From the NCBI GenBank assembly GCA_016235455.1, contig JACRKZ010000051.1:28452-92451 (forward strand): DNA of 64,000 nt. Reading direction: 5' to 3'. Below the pieces are notes generated by a model. The model saw only the letters and a program-made list of their open reading frames with translations. It did not search any database and was not told the DNA's origin. This document shows, piece by piece, positions 28,160 through 38,430 of this stretch (position 1 is its first letter; each line of letters begins with the position of its first letter). The position numbers and the translations under genes were made by a program. The DNA is from Armatimonadota bacterium. Its GTDB lineage: Bacteria > Armatimonadota > UBA10988.

Positions 28160-30892
28160 CTAGGGCACCGGCGCCAGACGCGCCGCTTGATCGGGCGCCA
28201 ACCGGACGCGGATCTGCCGCTCGGTTACCGTGCGCATGCCGTCGGCGTCCGCGACGCGGGCCCGCGGCCACGGGTTGGCCACCATCACGCTGCCGTCGAC
28301 CGCACTGCGCAGCGTGGTCCAGGTGATCTGCCGCTTGGGCTGGAACTCGACCTCGACGATGGCCTGGCGCGCGCGCAGCCGGAACCGGCCGGCCCACTGC
28401 GGGCTGACCGCCGGCAGCAGATCCACCGTGCCGGTATGACACTGTATCAGCGACTCCTGCACGGCGGTCAGGTTCACGCCCACGCTGTCGAAGTACGGCA
28501 CGTCGGTGACACCGTAGCGCGAGTCTTTGAGCGGATGACCGACGCAGTTCCATCCGCCATAGGGCCACTTCTGGTGGCGCCGCACATGGTCCATGATGAC
28601 CGAGAGTGTCTCGGGCAACCGCAGTCGCGCCGCTTGCACCGGGCACTGCGACCAGCCGGCCGCGTTGCCATGCGCGCGCGAGCGGAACGCGGCGACGGCA
28701 AGGGCCAGCTCGGCCGGAGCGGAGCCGGCATCGATGACGGCGAAGGGATAGACCGGATACAGCTCGGGCACCTCCATGTTGTGCGACTGCCGGTCGTCGT
28801 ACAGGTCGCCAAAGGGCGCCAACTGATCCACGGTGCGGTCGACCGACACCACGTCGGCGCCCTTCATGCGCACGGCGCCGGTGGGCAGCGGCGCCAGCCT
28901 GGCCAGGCGGTCGCGCGCCATGGCCAGCAATTCGGGCTCGAAGCCGAAGCGCGCGCCGTCACGCAGCACTCGGGCGAAGCACCAGCGGGTGGCCGCCAGG
29001 TCGGGCGCGGGGTCCTTGATTTTCCACCACATCTCCGCGGCGTCGGAGACCGTGCTGTGGTACAGCCCATCGTCGCCCAGACGCAGCCAGCTCAGCCAGA
29101 ACAGCGCCGCCTCGCGCAGCCACGGCGCGGCCACCTGCCGCTCGTAGTCGGCGTCGTGGGCGTAGGCGGCGTAGTCGAGCATGAGCTGCGCCAGTTCGGT
29201 CGACTGGCAGATGCTGCGGGCGTTGTAGCCCGAGCCGCACTGCTCCATGCGCAGGTCGGCCGAGGCTTTGGCGAGCGCCGCCGCGTCGAACGGCGTCGGC
29301 GTGTGGGCCGGTGGCGCGCCGGCCCGAGGCGGTGAGGCGCCTTCCCACATGCGGATGCCCAGTTTGCCGCCCTGGCGTGTGGCCGCCTGCCACTCGGCGA
29401 ACTGCCGGTCGTAGAAGTCCAGGTAGGTGCGCGCCAGATCCAGGCGGTTGCCGGCCAGCAGCGGCCAGATCAGCTCGCGGGTGTTCTGCCACCAGTAGCC
29501 CCAGCCCCAGGAGCAGTCGTCGTCGTGCACCAGGCCTGGCCCACCGTTGAACTTGGGCGGCACGGCGCTGGTGGCGGCCACCGAGGCATACGAGTAGTAG
29601 CCGGTGGTCCAGAGTCGTGTGAGCGCGTCGGCGTCCTTGCCGCGCAGGTCGAGCCAGGCCGATTGCCAGAAGCTGCGCCACCAGGCCAGGTGATCAGCGG
29701 TCAGCTTGTCCTTGTCGGCCGCGACGAGTTGGCGGCAGTGTGCAGCCGCGGCCGCCTCCGGTCGGCCGTCGCGGGTGACGCGCGTGGCCAGCACCAGCCA
29801 GTAGCGACGGCCCAGCGGGGTCAGGCTGGCGGCGGTGGCGATACCCAAGCCCAGGATACGGTCACCCGGGTTGGCCTTGGCGGGGTCGGCCGGCGGCTGC
29901 CCGTTCTCGGCCAGCGCGCTGACCTCGCGCAGCAGGTGCACGCCGCCGGCCTCGCTGGCCACCATGGTTGCGCGGCTGCAGCTCATCTGGATCTGTGCGT
30001 TGGGCCGCGCGCGTGGGTCGTCCACGGCGACCAGCAGCGCATTGCCACCCATCTCGCCAAAGGCCTCGGCGCGTAGCGTGCCTTCGGCCAGGCGCAGTTC
30101 GGTGATCACCGACCCTCGGTCGAAGTCGAGGCGCTGCTCGTAGCTCAGGATGGCTTCGGGCTTGATGCCGAAGTCCAGCTTCACGTGGCCGGGCGAGACC
30201 AGCGTTGGGCTGTAGTGGTACGGCTCGGCCTGGGCGCCGAAGGCGTCGCTCTTGGTCAGGTGCAACTCCAGCGCGTTGGTGTAGCTCACCATGGCCGACA
30301 GGTCGCCCGCGCCGACGGGCATGACCTCGGCGGGATCGGCCGCTGGTTTGACGAAGCGCGGCGCCAGGGCGGCCCGGCGCTGGGCCGGGGTCTGCGTCGT
30401 GAAGTCGGTCGGCGGGATAACCGGCTCCGACCAGACCTGCTCGATGGGGTTGGTGCGGCTGTCGAGCACCTGCCGGTAGACCTCGCGCCGGTCGCCGGTG
30501 AGCACGCGCAGCACCGCGCCGTTGAGGCGCTCCTGACAGCAGTCGAGCCGGTTGTAGAGCACGATCTTCTGGATGGCCACCTCCTGGCCCAGGTCCACCT
30601 CCCACCACTGCGCGCCGCCGACCGCGGTGGTCCAGAAGCTGGCATCGCGGCCCCAGTCGTACTGCACGATGCCGTCCACGGCGCGCTCGGGCAGGAACGG
30701 CGCCATCGACGACGAGGCTGACACCGGCTTTCGGATCGCGATGTTGCGGCCGCCGACGTAGGCCTCGAGCTCGGCCAGGTGCAGTTCGGCGGTGTGGCCG
30801 GCATCGGCTTCCAGGCGCACATAGCGGCCGGTCAGCGGCTGCTCCGGCGCGGCGCCGAGGGCCAACAGCAGGGCGAGCAGGACGGCGGTCAT
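28160..30892 (-). CDS. Secreted F-type-lectin/discoidin domain + GH95/DUF5703-like glycosidase
   Basis: 'WWEVDLG..IVLYNRLDCCQERL' lectin motif; 'MPVGAGDL', 'WWQNTR', 'NMEVPELYPVYPF', 'LLPAV' GH95-like motifs. Confidence 0.75.
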   Translation of the reverse strand: MTAVLLALLLALGAAPEQPLTGRYVRLEADAGHTAELHLAELEAYVGGRNIAIRKPVSASSSMAPFLPERAVDGIVQYDWGRDASFWTTAVGGAQWWEVDLGQEVAIQKIVLYNRLDCCQERLNGAVLRVLTGDRREVYRQVLDSRTNPIEQVWSEPVIPPTDFTTQTPAQRRAALAPRFVKPAADPAEVMPVGAGDLSAMVSYTNALELHLTKSDAFGAQAEPYHYSPTLVSPGHVKLDFGIKPEAILSYEQRLDFDRGSVITELRLAEGTLRAEAFGEMGGNALLVAVDDPRARPNAQIQMSCSRATMVASEAGGVHLLREVSALAENGQPPADPAKANPGDRILGLGIATAASLTPLGRRYWLVLATRVTRDGRPEAAAAAHCRQLVAADKDKLTADHLAWWRSFWQSAWLDLRGKDADALTRLWTTGYYSYASVAATSAVPPKFNGGPGLVHDDDCSWGWGYWWQNTRELIWPLLAGNRLDLARTYLDFYDRQFAEWQAATRQGGKLGIRMWEGASPPRAGAPPAHTPTPFDAAALAKASADLRMEQCGSGYNARSICQSTELAQLMLDYAAYAHDADYERQVAAPWLREAALFWLSWLRLGDDGLYHSTVSDAAEMWWKIKDPAPDLAATRWCFARVLRDGARFGFEPELLAMARDRLARLAPLPTGAVRMKGADVVSVDRTVDQLAPFGDLYDDRQSHNMEVPELYPVYPFAVIDAGSAPAELALAVAAFRSRAHGNAAGWSQCPVQAARLRLPETLSVIMDHVRRHQKWPYGGWNCVGHPLKDSRYGVTDVPYFDSVGVNLTAVQESLIQCHTGTVDLLPAVSPQWAGRFRLRARQAIVEVEFQPKRQITWTTLRSAVDGSVMVANPWPRARVADADGMRTVTERQIRVRLAPDQAARLAPVP

Positions 30893-30904
30893 CTTGGGTG
30901 TCCC

Positions 30905-33900
30905 TCACTGGCCGGGCGCGAACAGGTCGAACTGCTGGGCCCGCGCCTCACTGGTCAGGCGCACGTAGCGCGCGGTGACCGGGTCGAACCGCTTGCTGTA
31001 GATGTTGCCAAAGACGCGCGCCTGGTGCACGGTGCGCCACTGGCCATCAGTCTGACGCACCTGCAGGGCGATGGGTTGGCTCTGCCCGCGGCGGTGGTCG
31101 GCGATGTCCAGCGTCACCTCCAAGCGGTCGAAGGTCACCGTTCCGCCCAGGTCGACCTCGTCGTTGGCGGCACGGCGGCCGCCGGTCAGCGAACCGGTCG
31201 ACGGCGCGGCCAGCGCCAAGGGGGCCAACGGCCGGTCGTAGTCGAGTCGCCAAATGGTCGCGGGTCCGTCACCGGGCCGCGTGAGCAGCCGACGCGAGAC
31301 CAGTCCGGCAAGCAGCGCGGGTGGCGTGGGCGGCCGTCCGTCGAAGGCGATCTGGAATAGCGTCTGGTCGCGATAGAGGCAGCCGGGCCAGGGGCCGGCA
31401 TGGGTGTTGCGCAGGCAGTCGCCGTAGCGCGTCAGCCAGGCCTGGGTGGCCGGGCCGACCACCGGCTGCGCGTCGAGCATCGGCCGCAGGCCAAAGAGGT
31501 GGTTGCGATCGGCCAGTGCTACGTCGAGCAGTGTGCGGATGCGGGCCTCGGGGCTGGCGCAGTTGATGACGTCGGCCGCTCGCCGCGCGGGTTCGACCCG
31601 TAGCGAGACGACCCGACCGCCGCGGTACACGCAGTCGACGGTGGTGCCGTGCGCCGCGCGCAGGCGGAACGAGACGTCCCAGTCCTCGGGCCAGGCGGGC
31701 AGCAGGAGGATGCGCTCGCCGGCGCTCTGGAGCAACATGCTCTGCAGCGCGTTAGCCGAGTTGGCGCCGTGGTCGTTGTCGGGAGTGCCGTCCATCTTGC
31801 ACTCCCAGAACGCGGGGAAGCGTGCGCGCGGCCGCTGGGGGTAGGGCGCGTCGGGATCGATGTTGTCGGTCCAGTGGATGAACTGGTCACGGAAGTTGAG
31901 GCTGACCAGCCGCGCCGCCTCGCGGGCCAGGCCCAGGTAGGCGGCCTGCACCGGCGCGGACTGCCAGCCGCCGGTCTCGACCGCCTGCTTGTCGTCGGTG
32001 CCGTCGAGGCTGATGTTGCGCACATGGAACGACTGCCGCGCCGTGGCCAGGAGGGCCGGCTCGCCCAGCCACGCGCCGCGGAACGGATAGATCGAGTACA
32101 GCTCAGGCGACTCGCAGATCTCGCGGCCGGCGGCGTACTTGTCGCCGACGGCCAGCAGGTCGAGCCCGCGCACGCGTCGCAGCGGCACAGCGGGCAGCGC
32201 CACGCGCAGGGCGTGCCAGCGAGCCCGGCGGGCCCCGTCGAGTTCGAAGGACAGCAGCCGGTCGAGCAGGAAGCGCAGGCAGCCGATCTCGGTGCAGGGG
32301 TTGGTCACCGACTGGTAGGTCTCGGCGCAACCCACGTCGGCCATGACCAGCTTGCCCGCGGCGTCGCGCTGGGTGAAGCGGTTGGCGTAGTAGGCGATGA
32401 ACTCGTCGGCGCACGGTAGCAGAATATCGCGCAGGAAGGCCCGGTCGCCGGTGTGCTCGTAGTACTCGCACATGATCGCCGGCAGCTCGATGCTGGCCAG
32501 TTGGTGATAGCGCAGGTGGCCGGGCATGGACGCCCAGTCGAACACGCCGACGTTGTGCCACCAACTGGCCTCCATGATGAAGGCGCCTTCCAGGCCGAGC
32601 AGGCGCCGGCAGTGGTCGCGGCAGATGTCCAGCCCGTCGCGCACGAAACGCAGGCCCGGCAGCAACGTGTCATAGTCGCCACGCGTGGCCATCGACCAGT
32701 ACGGATGCCGCGTGTTCTGCCACATGAACGACAGTTGCGCCCAGTCGCGGCCGTCGGGCGAGACGGGGTTGGGCTTGGGCGCGTTGAAGCCCAGTACACC
32801 GGCGGGCATGTCCATGGTGAAGATCGAGCCGTTGTACGGCGGCGGCACCTGGCCGCGACTGGCCGCTGCCTCGCAGAACCGCTCCAGGGCGTAACGCTGG
32901 CTGATCTGATAGGCGTTCTCGGCGGCGGCGATCGTGCCGTGGTCACGGTAGGCTCGCGACCCTTGTTCGAACTGGGTGAAGGCGCACGGCGCCAGATTGA
33001 CAGGTCCCGGGCCGCAGCCGCCGACGAGGATGTAGCTGCGCGCCCAGAAGTCGCGCCAGTAGGCCTCGTGCGCCGGCCGGTCGGCCGTGGCCCGGCGGTC
33101 TGCCGCGGCCAGCCAGGTCGCGACACTGGCCGGCTGGGTCGACTCCGCGCGTAGCGTGCAGTCGAACCGCCGGGCCGGCTCGCCGCGCAGCGCGGTCGGG
33201 CTCAGGCGGCGCAGGCCGGGCGCCTTCAACACGCAGCCGGAGGTGCGGCCCAACAGCGGGTCCTTGGCCCGGGCGACCATCTCGGGCGTGTTCTGCGCGT
33301 GTAGCCGGTCGGCCCAGGCCGACGACTGGTTGCGGTAGCACCAAGCCAGCCGGTCGGTCTGGTCGGTGAACAGCACGCCGGCGGTGCCGCGCTCGGGCAG
33401 CGGCCGGTCGGCGGGAGCGAGCGAGCGCAGGGGCTCGACGCTAACGGTCAGCCGGCGTGGCACGGCGCCCGAGCCCTCGACGCGCACGAGCGGCTGGGTG
33501 GCGTCGACCCAGAGCCGCAGCCGGGCGTCGCCAGCTCGCACCAGCACGGTGGCATCGCGCAGCGAGAGCGTCTGCTCGAACGGCTCGGTGGGCAGCGCTG
33601 GCTCGAAGTGCAGGCGCACGCGGCCCAGCTTGGGCAGCAGGTGGTCGGCGTCGAAGGCATCCACCTTGCTCACGTAGAACAGCACGTCGCCGCGGTCGTC
33701 GACCCAGACGTTCAGCCCGACATCGCCATTGCCCAGCGGCATGGAGCCGAATGAGTCGCCGCTGGGGCTGTCCCAGACCACGTTGCAGTCGTCCAGCGAG
33801 CGCGCTACGCGCGGGGGCTCCGGCCGCGGGGGCGGCGGTTCGCCGGGCGACAGGTCGGCGAGCACCAGCGCATTGATCTGCGTCGAGTACCAGTCGCTGC

Positions 33901-34501
33901 CGTTGAAGAAGGCCTTGGTGGGCGTGAAAGTCAGCGTCTGGCGCGTGCTGCCGGCGATGAAGGTGCCGATGGCGTACTGGGCGGTGGGCCCCGCATCGCC
34001 GCCCTGCCAGGCCAGCGTCGGCGGGTTGACGTCGCTATCTGCGCCGCGGGCCGTCTGCTCGGCCGAGGAGAAGGCCGGCCGGAGTTCCGGCCAGGAGCGG
34101 TTGTCCGCCACCCAGATCTGGATCTGGTACCGGCGGCCCGGCGTCAGCTCGCGCAAGGTGAGGCCCTGTGCGCGCGGCGTGGCCAGGCTGCCGGCGTCCT
34201 GCACCCCGCCGGCGAGCATGGCGTTGTAGGCCGGTGACAGTCGTGGGTTCTGATAGAACGCATCGTAGATACCGCCCAGCGACTGCGTGTCACGCGCCTG
34301 CGCGGCGAAGGGCTGGAAAGCCACGCCGTTGACCGTCGGCCGGCGGTCCGCGCCGAAGGTGTAGGCACGCAGCACACGGCCGTTGGTGGCCACGTCGGTG
34401 TCGGCGGCGACATCGCGCGGCGGCTGCCAGGTGATTGGTGCCGACCTGGCGCTGCCGGCCCACATCAGCAGGCCGAGAAGGGCGACCGGTATGCGCATCA
34501 A
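30905..34501 (-). CDS. Secreted DUF5703/GH95-like glycosidase
   Basis: 'SMPLGNGDVGLNVW', 'MWQNTRHPYW', 'ESPELYSIYPF', 'PDNDHG', 'LLPAWPEDWDVSFRL'. Confidence 0.8.
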   Translation of the reverse strand: MMRIPVALLGLLMWAGSARSAPITWQPPRDVAADTDVATNGRVLRAYTFGADRRPTVNGVAFQPFAAQARDTQSLGGIYDAFYQNPRLSPAYNAMLAGGVQDAGSLATPRAQGLTLRELTPGRRYQIQIWVADNRSWPELRPAFSSAEQTARGADSDVNPPTLAWQGGDAGPTAQYAIGTFIAGSTRQTLTFTPTKAFFNGSDWYSTQINALVLADLSPGEPPPPRPEPPRVARSLDDCNVVWDSPSGDSFGSMPLGNGDVGLNVWVDDRGDVLFYVSKVDAFDADHLLPKLGRVRLHFEPALPTEPFEQTLSLRDATVLVRAGDARLRLWVDATQPLVRVEGSGAVPRRLTVSVEPLRSLAPADRPLPERGTAGVLFTDQTDRLAWCYRNQSSAWADRLHAQNTPEMVARAKDPLLGRTSGCVLKAPGLRRLSPTALRGEPARRFDCTLRAESTQPASVATWLAAADRRATADRPAHEAYWRDFWARSYILVGGCGPGPVNLAPCAFTQFEQGSRAYRDHGTIAAAENAYQISQRYALERFCEAAASRGQVPPPYNGSIFTMDMPAGVLGFNAPKPNPVSPDGRDWAQLSFMWQNTRHPYWSMATRGDYDTLLPGLRFVRDGLDICRDHCRRLLGLEGAFIMEASWWHNVGVFDWASMPGHLRYHQLASIELPAIMCEYYEHTGDRAFLRDILLPCADEFIAYYANRFTQRDAAGKLVMADVGCAETYQSVTNPCTEIGCLRFLLDRLLSFELDGARRARWHALRVALPAVPLRRVRGLDLLAVGDKYAAGREICESPELYSIYPFRGAWLGEPALLATARQSFHVRNISLDGTDDKQAVETGGWQSAPVQAAYLGLAREAARLVSLNFRDQFIHWTDNIDPDAPYPQRPRARFPAFWECKMDGTPDNDHGANSANALQSMLLQSAGERILLLPAWPEDWDVSFRLRAAHGTTVDCVYRGGRVVSLRVEPARRAADVINCASPEARIRTLLDVALADRNHLFGLRPMLDAQPVVGPATQAWLTRYGDCLRNTHAGPWPGCLYRDQTLFQIAFDGRPPTPPALLAGLVSRRLLTRPGDGPATIWRLDYDRPLAPLALAAPSTGSLTGGRRAANDEVDLGGTVTFDRLEVTLDIADHRRGQSQPIALQVRQTDGQWRTVHQARVFGNIYSKRFDPVTARYVRLTSEARAQQFDLFAPGQ

Positions 34502-34507
34502 CTGCTC

Positions 34508-37500
34508 CTAGCGGCCGAGCCGCACGTTGTCGATAGTGGCCAATCCGCGGTCGAAAACCACCGGCGCGATGGCCTCGTACTTGAGCCCCGCCGGCGCGAA
34601 GCCCAGTTCGCCGCGCGGGATCTCACCGACCTGTCTGCCATCCACCACCAGCCTGGCGGACCCAGCGTTCCAGACCACCTCGAACGCATGCCAGGCTGCG
34701 CCCGGCGCGGCCGACGCGACCTGCCGGTCGCCGGCCTGCAGCACCAGTTCGGCGGCCTGGCCGCGGCGCAGCGTGACGGTCAGGCCGCGGCCCAGGCGCA
34801 GCAGCGGGCCGTTGGCGCCCTCGGCCAGTTGGCCGTCGAAGCTCAGCGAGCCCGCCGGCTCCGCGGCGTTGAGGTACCCGCTGATCTGCAGCCCGGCGCC
34901 GACCGCGGCCCCGCCGCCGTCGCGCCCGGTGGCCAGCCCCGCCGCCTGCCACGGCGTGCCGACGCGCGTCACGGCCGCTGATCCGAGTGCCTGCTCCGCC
35001 TCCGCACCGCGGGTGAAGCTGGCGCTGAAGGTCTGACCCGCGGCCAGGGCGCCGCGCCGCACCAGCAGCACTGCGCGCCAGTCGCGCTCGGGCACGTCGA
35101 TAGCCAGCCCCTGGCCGGTCAGCGTCAGGGCTGCGCCGGTCTCCAGGTCGAGCGCCAGGTCGCGCTTGGGGTCCAGGGCGAGCGCCCGGTAGTCGAGGCT
35201 GACCCCGACCTTCGCCGCGGCGCGGTTGGTGTTCACCACCCAGGCCACATGCCGGTCAGATGCGCTGTGCAGCGACACCAGCGCGCCTTGGGTGATCGTC
35301 TTGGCCGGCGTGTCGGCCTTCCAGTAGGGTCGGAAGCGCACGCCCGGCTCATACAGCCGGCCCGCCTCGCACAACGCTGGCCAGTGGTTGCCTTGCGCCT
35401 CGGGCATGACGTCATGGGCCAGGCACCAGCCGACGAGTTGGTGGATGTGCTTGGCGGCATGGACCGTGCGGTGGCGGTCGGCCTGGTTCATCATGGTCAT
35501 CACGCCGCCGGCGCAGACGCTGCTGCCAATCGCGCGCAGCCGGCCCGCGGGCAGGACCTCCAGGTAGTCGAAGTTCAGGTCCGTCGGCTCGACGTTCTCA
35601 CCCTCGTAGAACACATCGCCGAACCAGGCGTGATAGGCCGCGCCAGAGCTGATGTGCTGCCACACGTTCGGCGCGGGTGCGTTGTTCTGGGCGAACATGA
35701 CCTTCATGCGCTTGAAGTAGTCGCGCAGGCCCAGGTAGTTGTAGGCGCGTTGCAGCCCGCCATCCGGTCGGAAGTAGGCCTTGCCGGTCAGGAAGTTTGA
35801 CTCCAGCGAGAGGTAGTTCTCATCGACATAAAGCCCGCGGAAACCGGCCTGCCGCACCCACTCCTGGTAGTGCCACAAGCGGAAGTCGTTGGGCCCGCGC
35901 GAGGAGGTCACGTCACTGTTGTTGATTGTCCCGGGCTCAGCGCCCCAGTCGACGGCCAGGCTGGGGAACTCGTTACCCGCGTAGTCACGGTAGCGGCCGA
36001 CAGAGTGGGCGATGGAGCCGACGCACGGCCGGTGCAGGCTGTCGCGCGGCGTGCGGTCAAACACCTCGCGCGACTTGTCCATGTGCCACGGGTAGGGGCT
36101 GCAGTAGTAGGGCCACAGCACGGCCCAGTCGGCCTCGGTCCAGAAGTAGGTGTTGGCGGTGTGGGGCACCGGCGGCTGCTGGGCGCAGAAGGTGGCGCGC
36201 CAGCCCGGCGGCAGCGGCCGGCTGGGGAAGGCCTGCCAGCCCCAGACCACGTTGGTCGGCTTGTCGAGCAGCGTGGGTGTCTCGATCAGCCGGACGTACA
36301 GCGTGACCTTGCCATCACGGCGCACGATCTCCTGCGTGGGCAGGGCGCGGTCGGGCTCCTGGAACCAGCCGCGGTCGCTGTCGGCGAACCAGAGGAAGGC
36401 GCGGTCGCTGTTGGTCAGCCAGATGTACGGCACGAAGTCGCCCTGCAGCAGACCCGACGAGACCGACTGGCTGGTCCAGTGGTCGGGCAGCATGTCGTGC
36501 ACCGCGGCCCAGCCGCCCGAGGTGCTGCAGAAGTGCGTGGCCTCGGCCGCCGGCAGCGTGATGCGCAGTTCCAGCTTGTCCACCTGCACCGGCACGGCGC
36601 CGGGCGCGATGTTCCAGTCGCACAGGACATGGCCGTCGAACTCCACACGCGTCTTGGCGCGCACGCGCAGCCCGCCGGCTTCGGCCACGCCTTCCAGGTC
36701 GGCCTGGTTCTCCAGCGAGCGCTTCGGTGCGCCCGTCGGCGCCCGCAGGGGCATTTCCCTCCCGCCGATGGTGGCCACCAAGCTCATGCCGGCGAGTTGC
36801 GACACGCCGCCGTTGGCCAGCGACCGCGCCAGGCCCAGCCCGTCGAGGTCCAGCGTGCGGTTCCAGATTCCCACGCGGCTGCCCTGTACGGTGACGGGCG
36901 TCCACGGCGCGATGACCCGGTCGGTCTGCCCGACGTCGTTACGCATCCAGGCTGCGTCGTAGGTCAGCAGGTTCAACTCGCGCAGGGCCGTGGCCAGCGG
37001 CTGACCAGCGGCGTCCTTGACCACCACCTCGACCTTGACCGGCTTCGGCGGCGTCTTGGCGCCGTCAACGGTCCGCAGGTCGGCGGTGGGGATGGTCACG
37101 CCGGCGAGCGAGGCGGTGCCCGTGGCATAGGACTGCCGGAATGGCATCATCGCGCCGGTGGCCAGCACCCGGTCGCCGTCGAGCACGCGCAGCGTGGCGC
37201 TCGCCGCCTTGTCGCGCTCGGCCATGGCCAGAATGTCCGCGCGCACCAGCACGGTGCGCGTCTCTGGCCCGAACTGCGCGGTAACCTCCAGCGGCTGCGG
37301 CGGGGCTGTGCCGGCGGGCGGTTGCGGCGGCTGGCTCTGCCAACCGTTGACTTCGAACGGCAGGCTCTGACGGAACAACGTCTGGCCGGCGCTGGTGGCG
37401 GTGAGCGTGAAGGCGCCTCGGCCCATGGCGGTCACGTCGCCCGCGAAGTCGAACGCCTGGCGCTCGCCCGCGGCCAGGTCGAGGGTCCGTGTCTGCACCA

Positions 37501-38335
37501 CGTCATCGCCGGCGGGCGTCTTGCCCTTCTGGATGCGCAATCCGACCTGCACATTGGCCGCGGTGCCGGCCGGAGCGGCGACGGCCATGGGGAACCGGTA
37601 GCGGCCCGTGAAGACCGAGGTGACGCCCAGCAGCTGCACCGCCGGCTGGTCGTCGACCAGCCGCACCGGCGGATGCTGGGGGATCTCGGCGAAGGCTTGG
37701 GTTATCGACCACGAGGCCTGGCTGCGCGGCTTGGCGCCCGGCGCGTTGCGCGCCAGCAGGAACCGCCACAGATCACCGGCGCGGAGCTTCGCCGTGCCGA
37801 AGTCGGCGGCCGGTACCGACGCTTCGATGACGTAGTCGGTGGCGGACTCGCTGGCGGCCACGCGCCAGTGCCCCTGCCAGCCCTGAGCGGTGTAGCCGCG
37901 GCTGGGCACCATCTTGCAGTCGAACACCGCGGGGTAGGTGTTGAGAATCGTCTGGTAGGTCTCGGGCACCAGGGCCGGCGGAGTTACCCAGATCTCCACG
38001 GACGAGTCGCCGAAGTCGTAGGCATCGTTCTCGCGCGCCGATTTGCGCAGTTGCCACTCCTCATTGCCGCGTCGACAGCGGAACAGGAAGTACAGATTGG
38101 CCTCGTCCCAGCCCAGGCTGACGGTCGTCTCGGCTTGCTGAAGTTGCCAATCGAACGGCGCCACCAGGCCGCTGGTGGTCAGCGCCCGGTCCCATTCGCC
38201 GGGCGCCGCGCGGCCGTCGATGGTCGGCGCCGGCGTGAGCCGCGGCGCGGCGAACTCGCCGATGGGCAGGCGCTCGCCTTGGGCGCGAAGCAGGTCGGCG
38301 GCCAACAACACGATGAGCAGTGTGCGGAGTCTCAT
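34508..38335 (-). CDS. Secreted multidomain glycoside hydrolase-like protein (CBM9-like, DUF6067-like, LamG-like)
   Basis: Signal MRLRTLLIVLL; 'APTIDG...EW' CBM9-like; 'IAPWTPV', 'GLYVDE', 'FRPYW'; C-terminal 'WHAFEVVWN...LVVDG'. Confidence 0.65.
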   Translation of the reverse strand: MRLRTLLIVLLAADLLRAQGERLPIGEFAAPRLTPAPTIDGRAAPGEWDRALTTSGLVAPFDWQLQQAETTVSLGWDEANLYFLFRCRRGNEEWQLRKSARENDAYDFGDSSVEIWVTPPALVPETYQTILNTYPAVFDCKMVPSRGYTAQGWQGHWRVAASESATDYVIEASVPAADFGTAKLRAGDLWRFLLARNAPGAKPRSQASWSITQAFAEIPQHPPVRLVDDQPAVQLLGVTSVFTGRYRFPMAVAAPAGTAANVQVGLRIQKGKTPAGDDVVQTRTLDLAAGERQAFDFAGDVTAMGRGAFTLTATSAGQTLFRQSLPFEVNGWQSQPPQPPAGTAPPQPLEVTAQFGPETRTVLVRADILAMAERDKAASATLRVLDGDRVLATGAMMPFRQSYATGTASLAGVTIPTADLRTVDGAKTPPKPVKVEVVVKDAAGQPLATALRELNLLTYDAAWMRNDVGQTDRVIAPWTPVTVQGSRVGIWNRTLDLDGLGLARSLANGGVSQLAGMSLVATIGGREMPLRAPTGAPKRSLENQADLEGVAEAGGLRVRAKTRVEFDGHVLCDWNIAPGAVPVQVDKLELRITLPAAEATHFCSTSGGWAAVHDMLPDHWTSQSVSSGLLQGDFVPYIWLTNSDRAFLWFADSDRGWFQEPDRALPTQEIVRRDGKVTLYVRLIETPTLLDKPTNVVWGWQAFPSRPLPPGWRATFCAQQPPVPHTANTYFWTEADWAVLWPYYCSPYPWHMDKSREVFDRTPRDSLHRPCVGSIAHSVGRYRDYAGNEFPSLAVDWGAEPGTINNSDVTSSRGPNDFRLWHYQEWVRQAGFRGLYVDENYLSLESNFLTGKAYFRPDGGLQRAYNYLGLRDYFKRMKVMFAQNNAPAPNVWQHISSGAAYHAWFGDVFYEGENVEPTDLNFDYLEVLPAGRLRAIGSSVCAGGVMTMMNQADRHRTVHAAKHIHQLVGWCLAHDVMPEAQGNHWPALCEAGRLYEPGVRFRPYWKADTPAKTITQGALVSLHSASDRHVAWVVNTNRAAAKVGVSLDYRALALDPKRDLALDLETGAALTLTGQGLAIDVPERDWRAVLLVRRGALAAGQTFSASFTRGAEAEQALGSAAVTRVGTPWQAAGLATGRDGGGAAVGAGLQISGYLNAAEPAGSLSFDGQLAEGANGPLLRLGRGLTVTLRRGQAAELVLQAGDRQVASAAPGAAWHAFEVVWNAGSARLVVDGRQVGEIPRGELGFAPAGLKYEAIAPVVFDRGLATIDNVRLGR

Positions 38336-38430
38336 GCACCGAGGGTGGTACGTGGCGGCTGGTGCTGTCAAGGCCGGCGTCTGGCCGAGAACGCGCCAAT
38401 CTGCTACCCTCTGGCGCGGGATGGTGTGCG

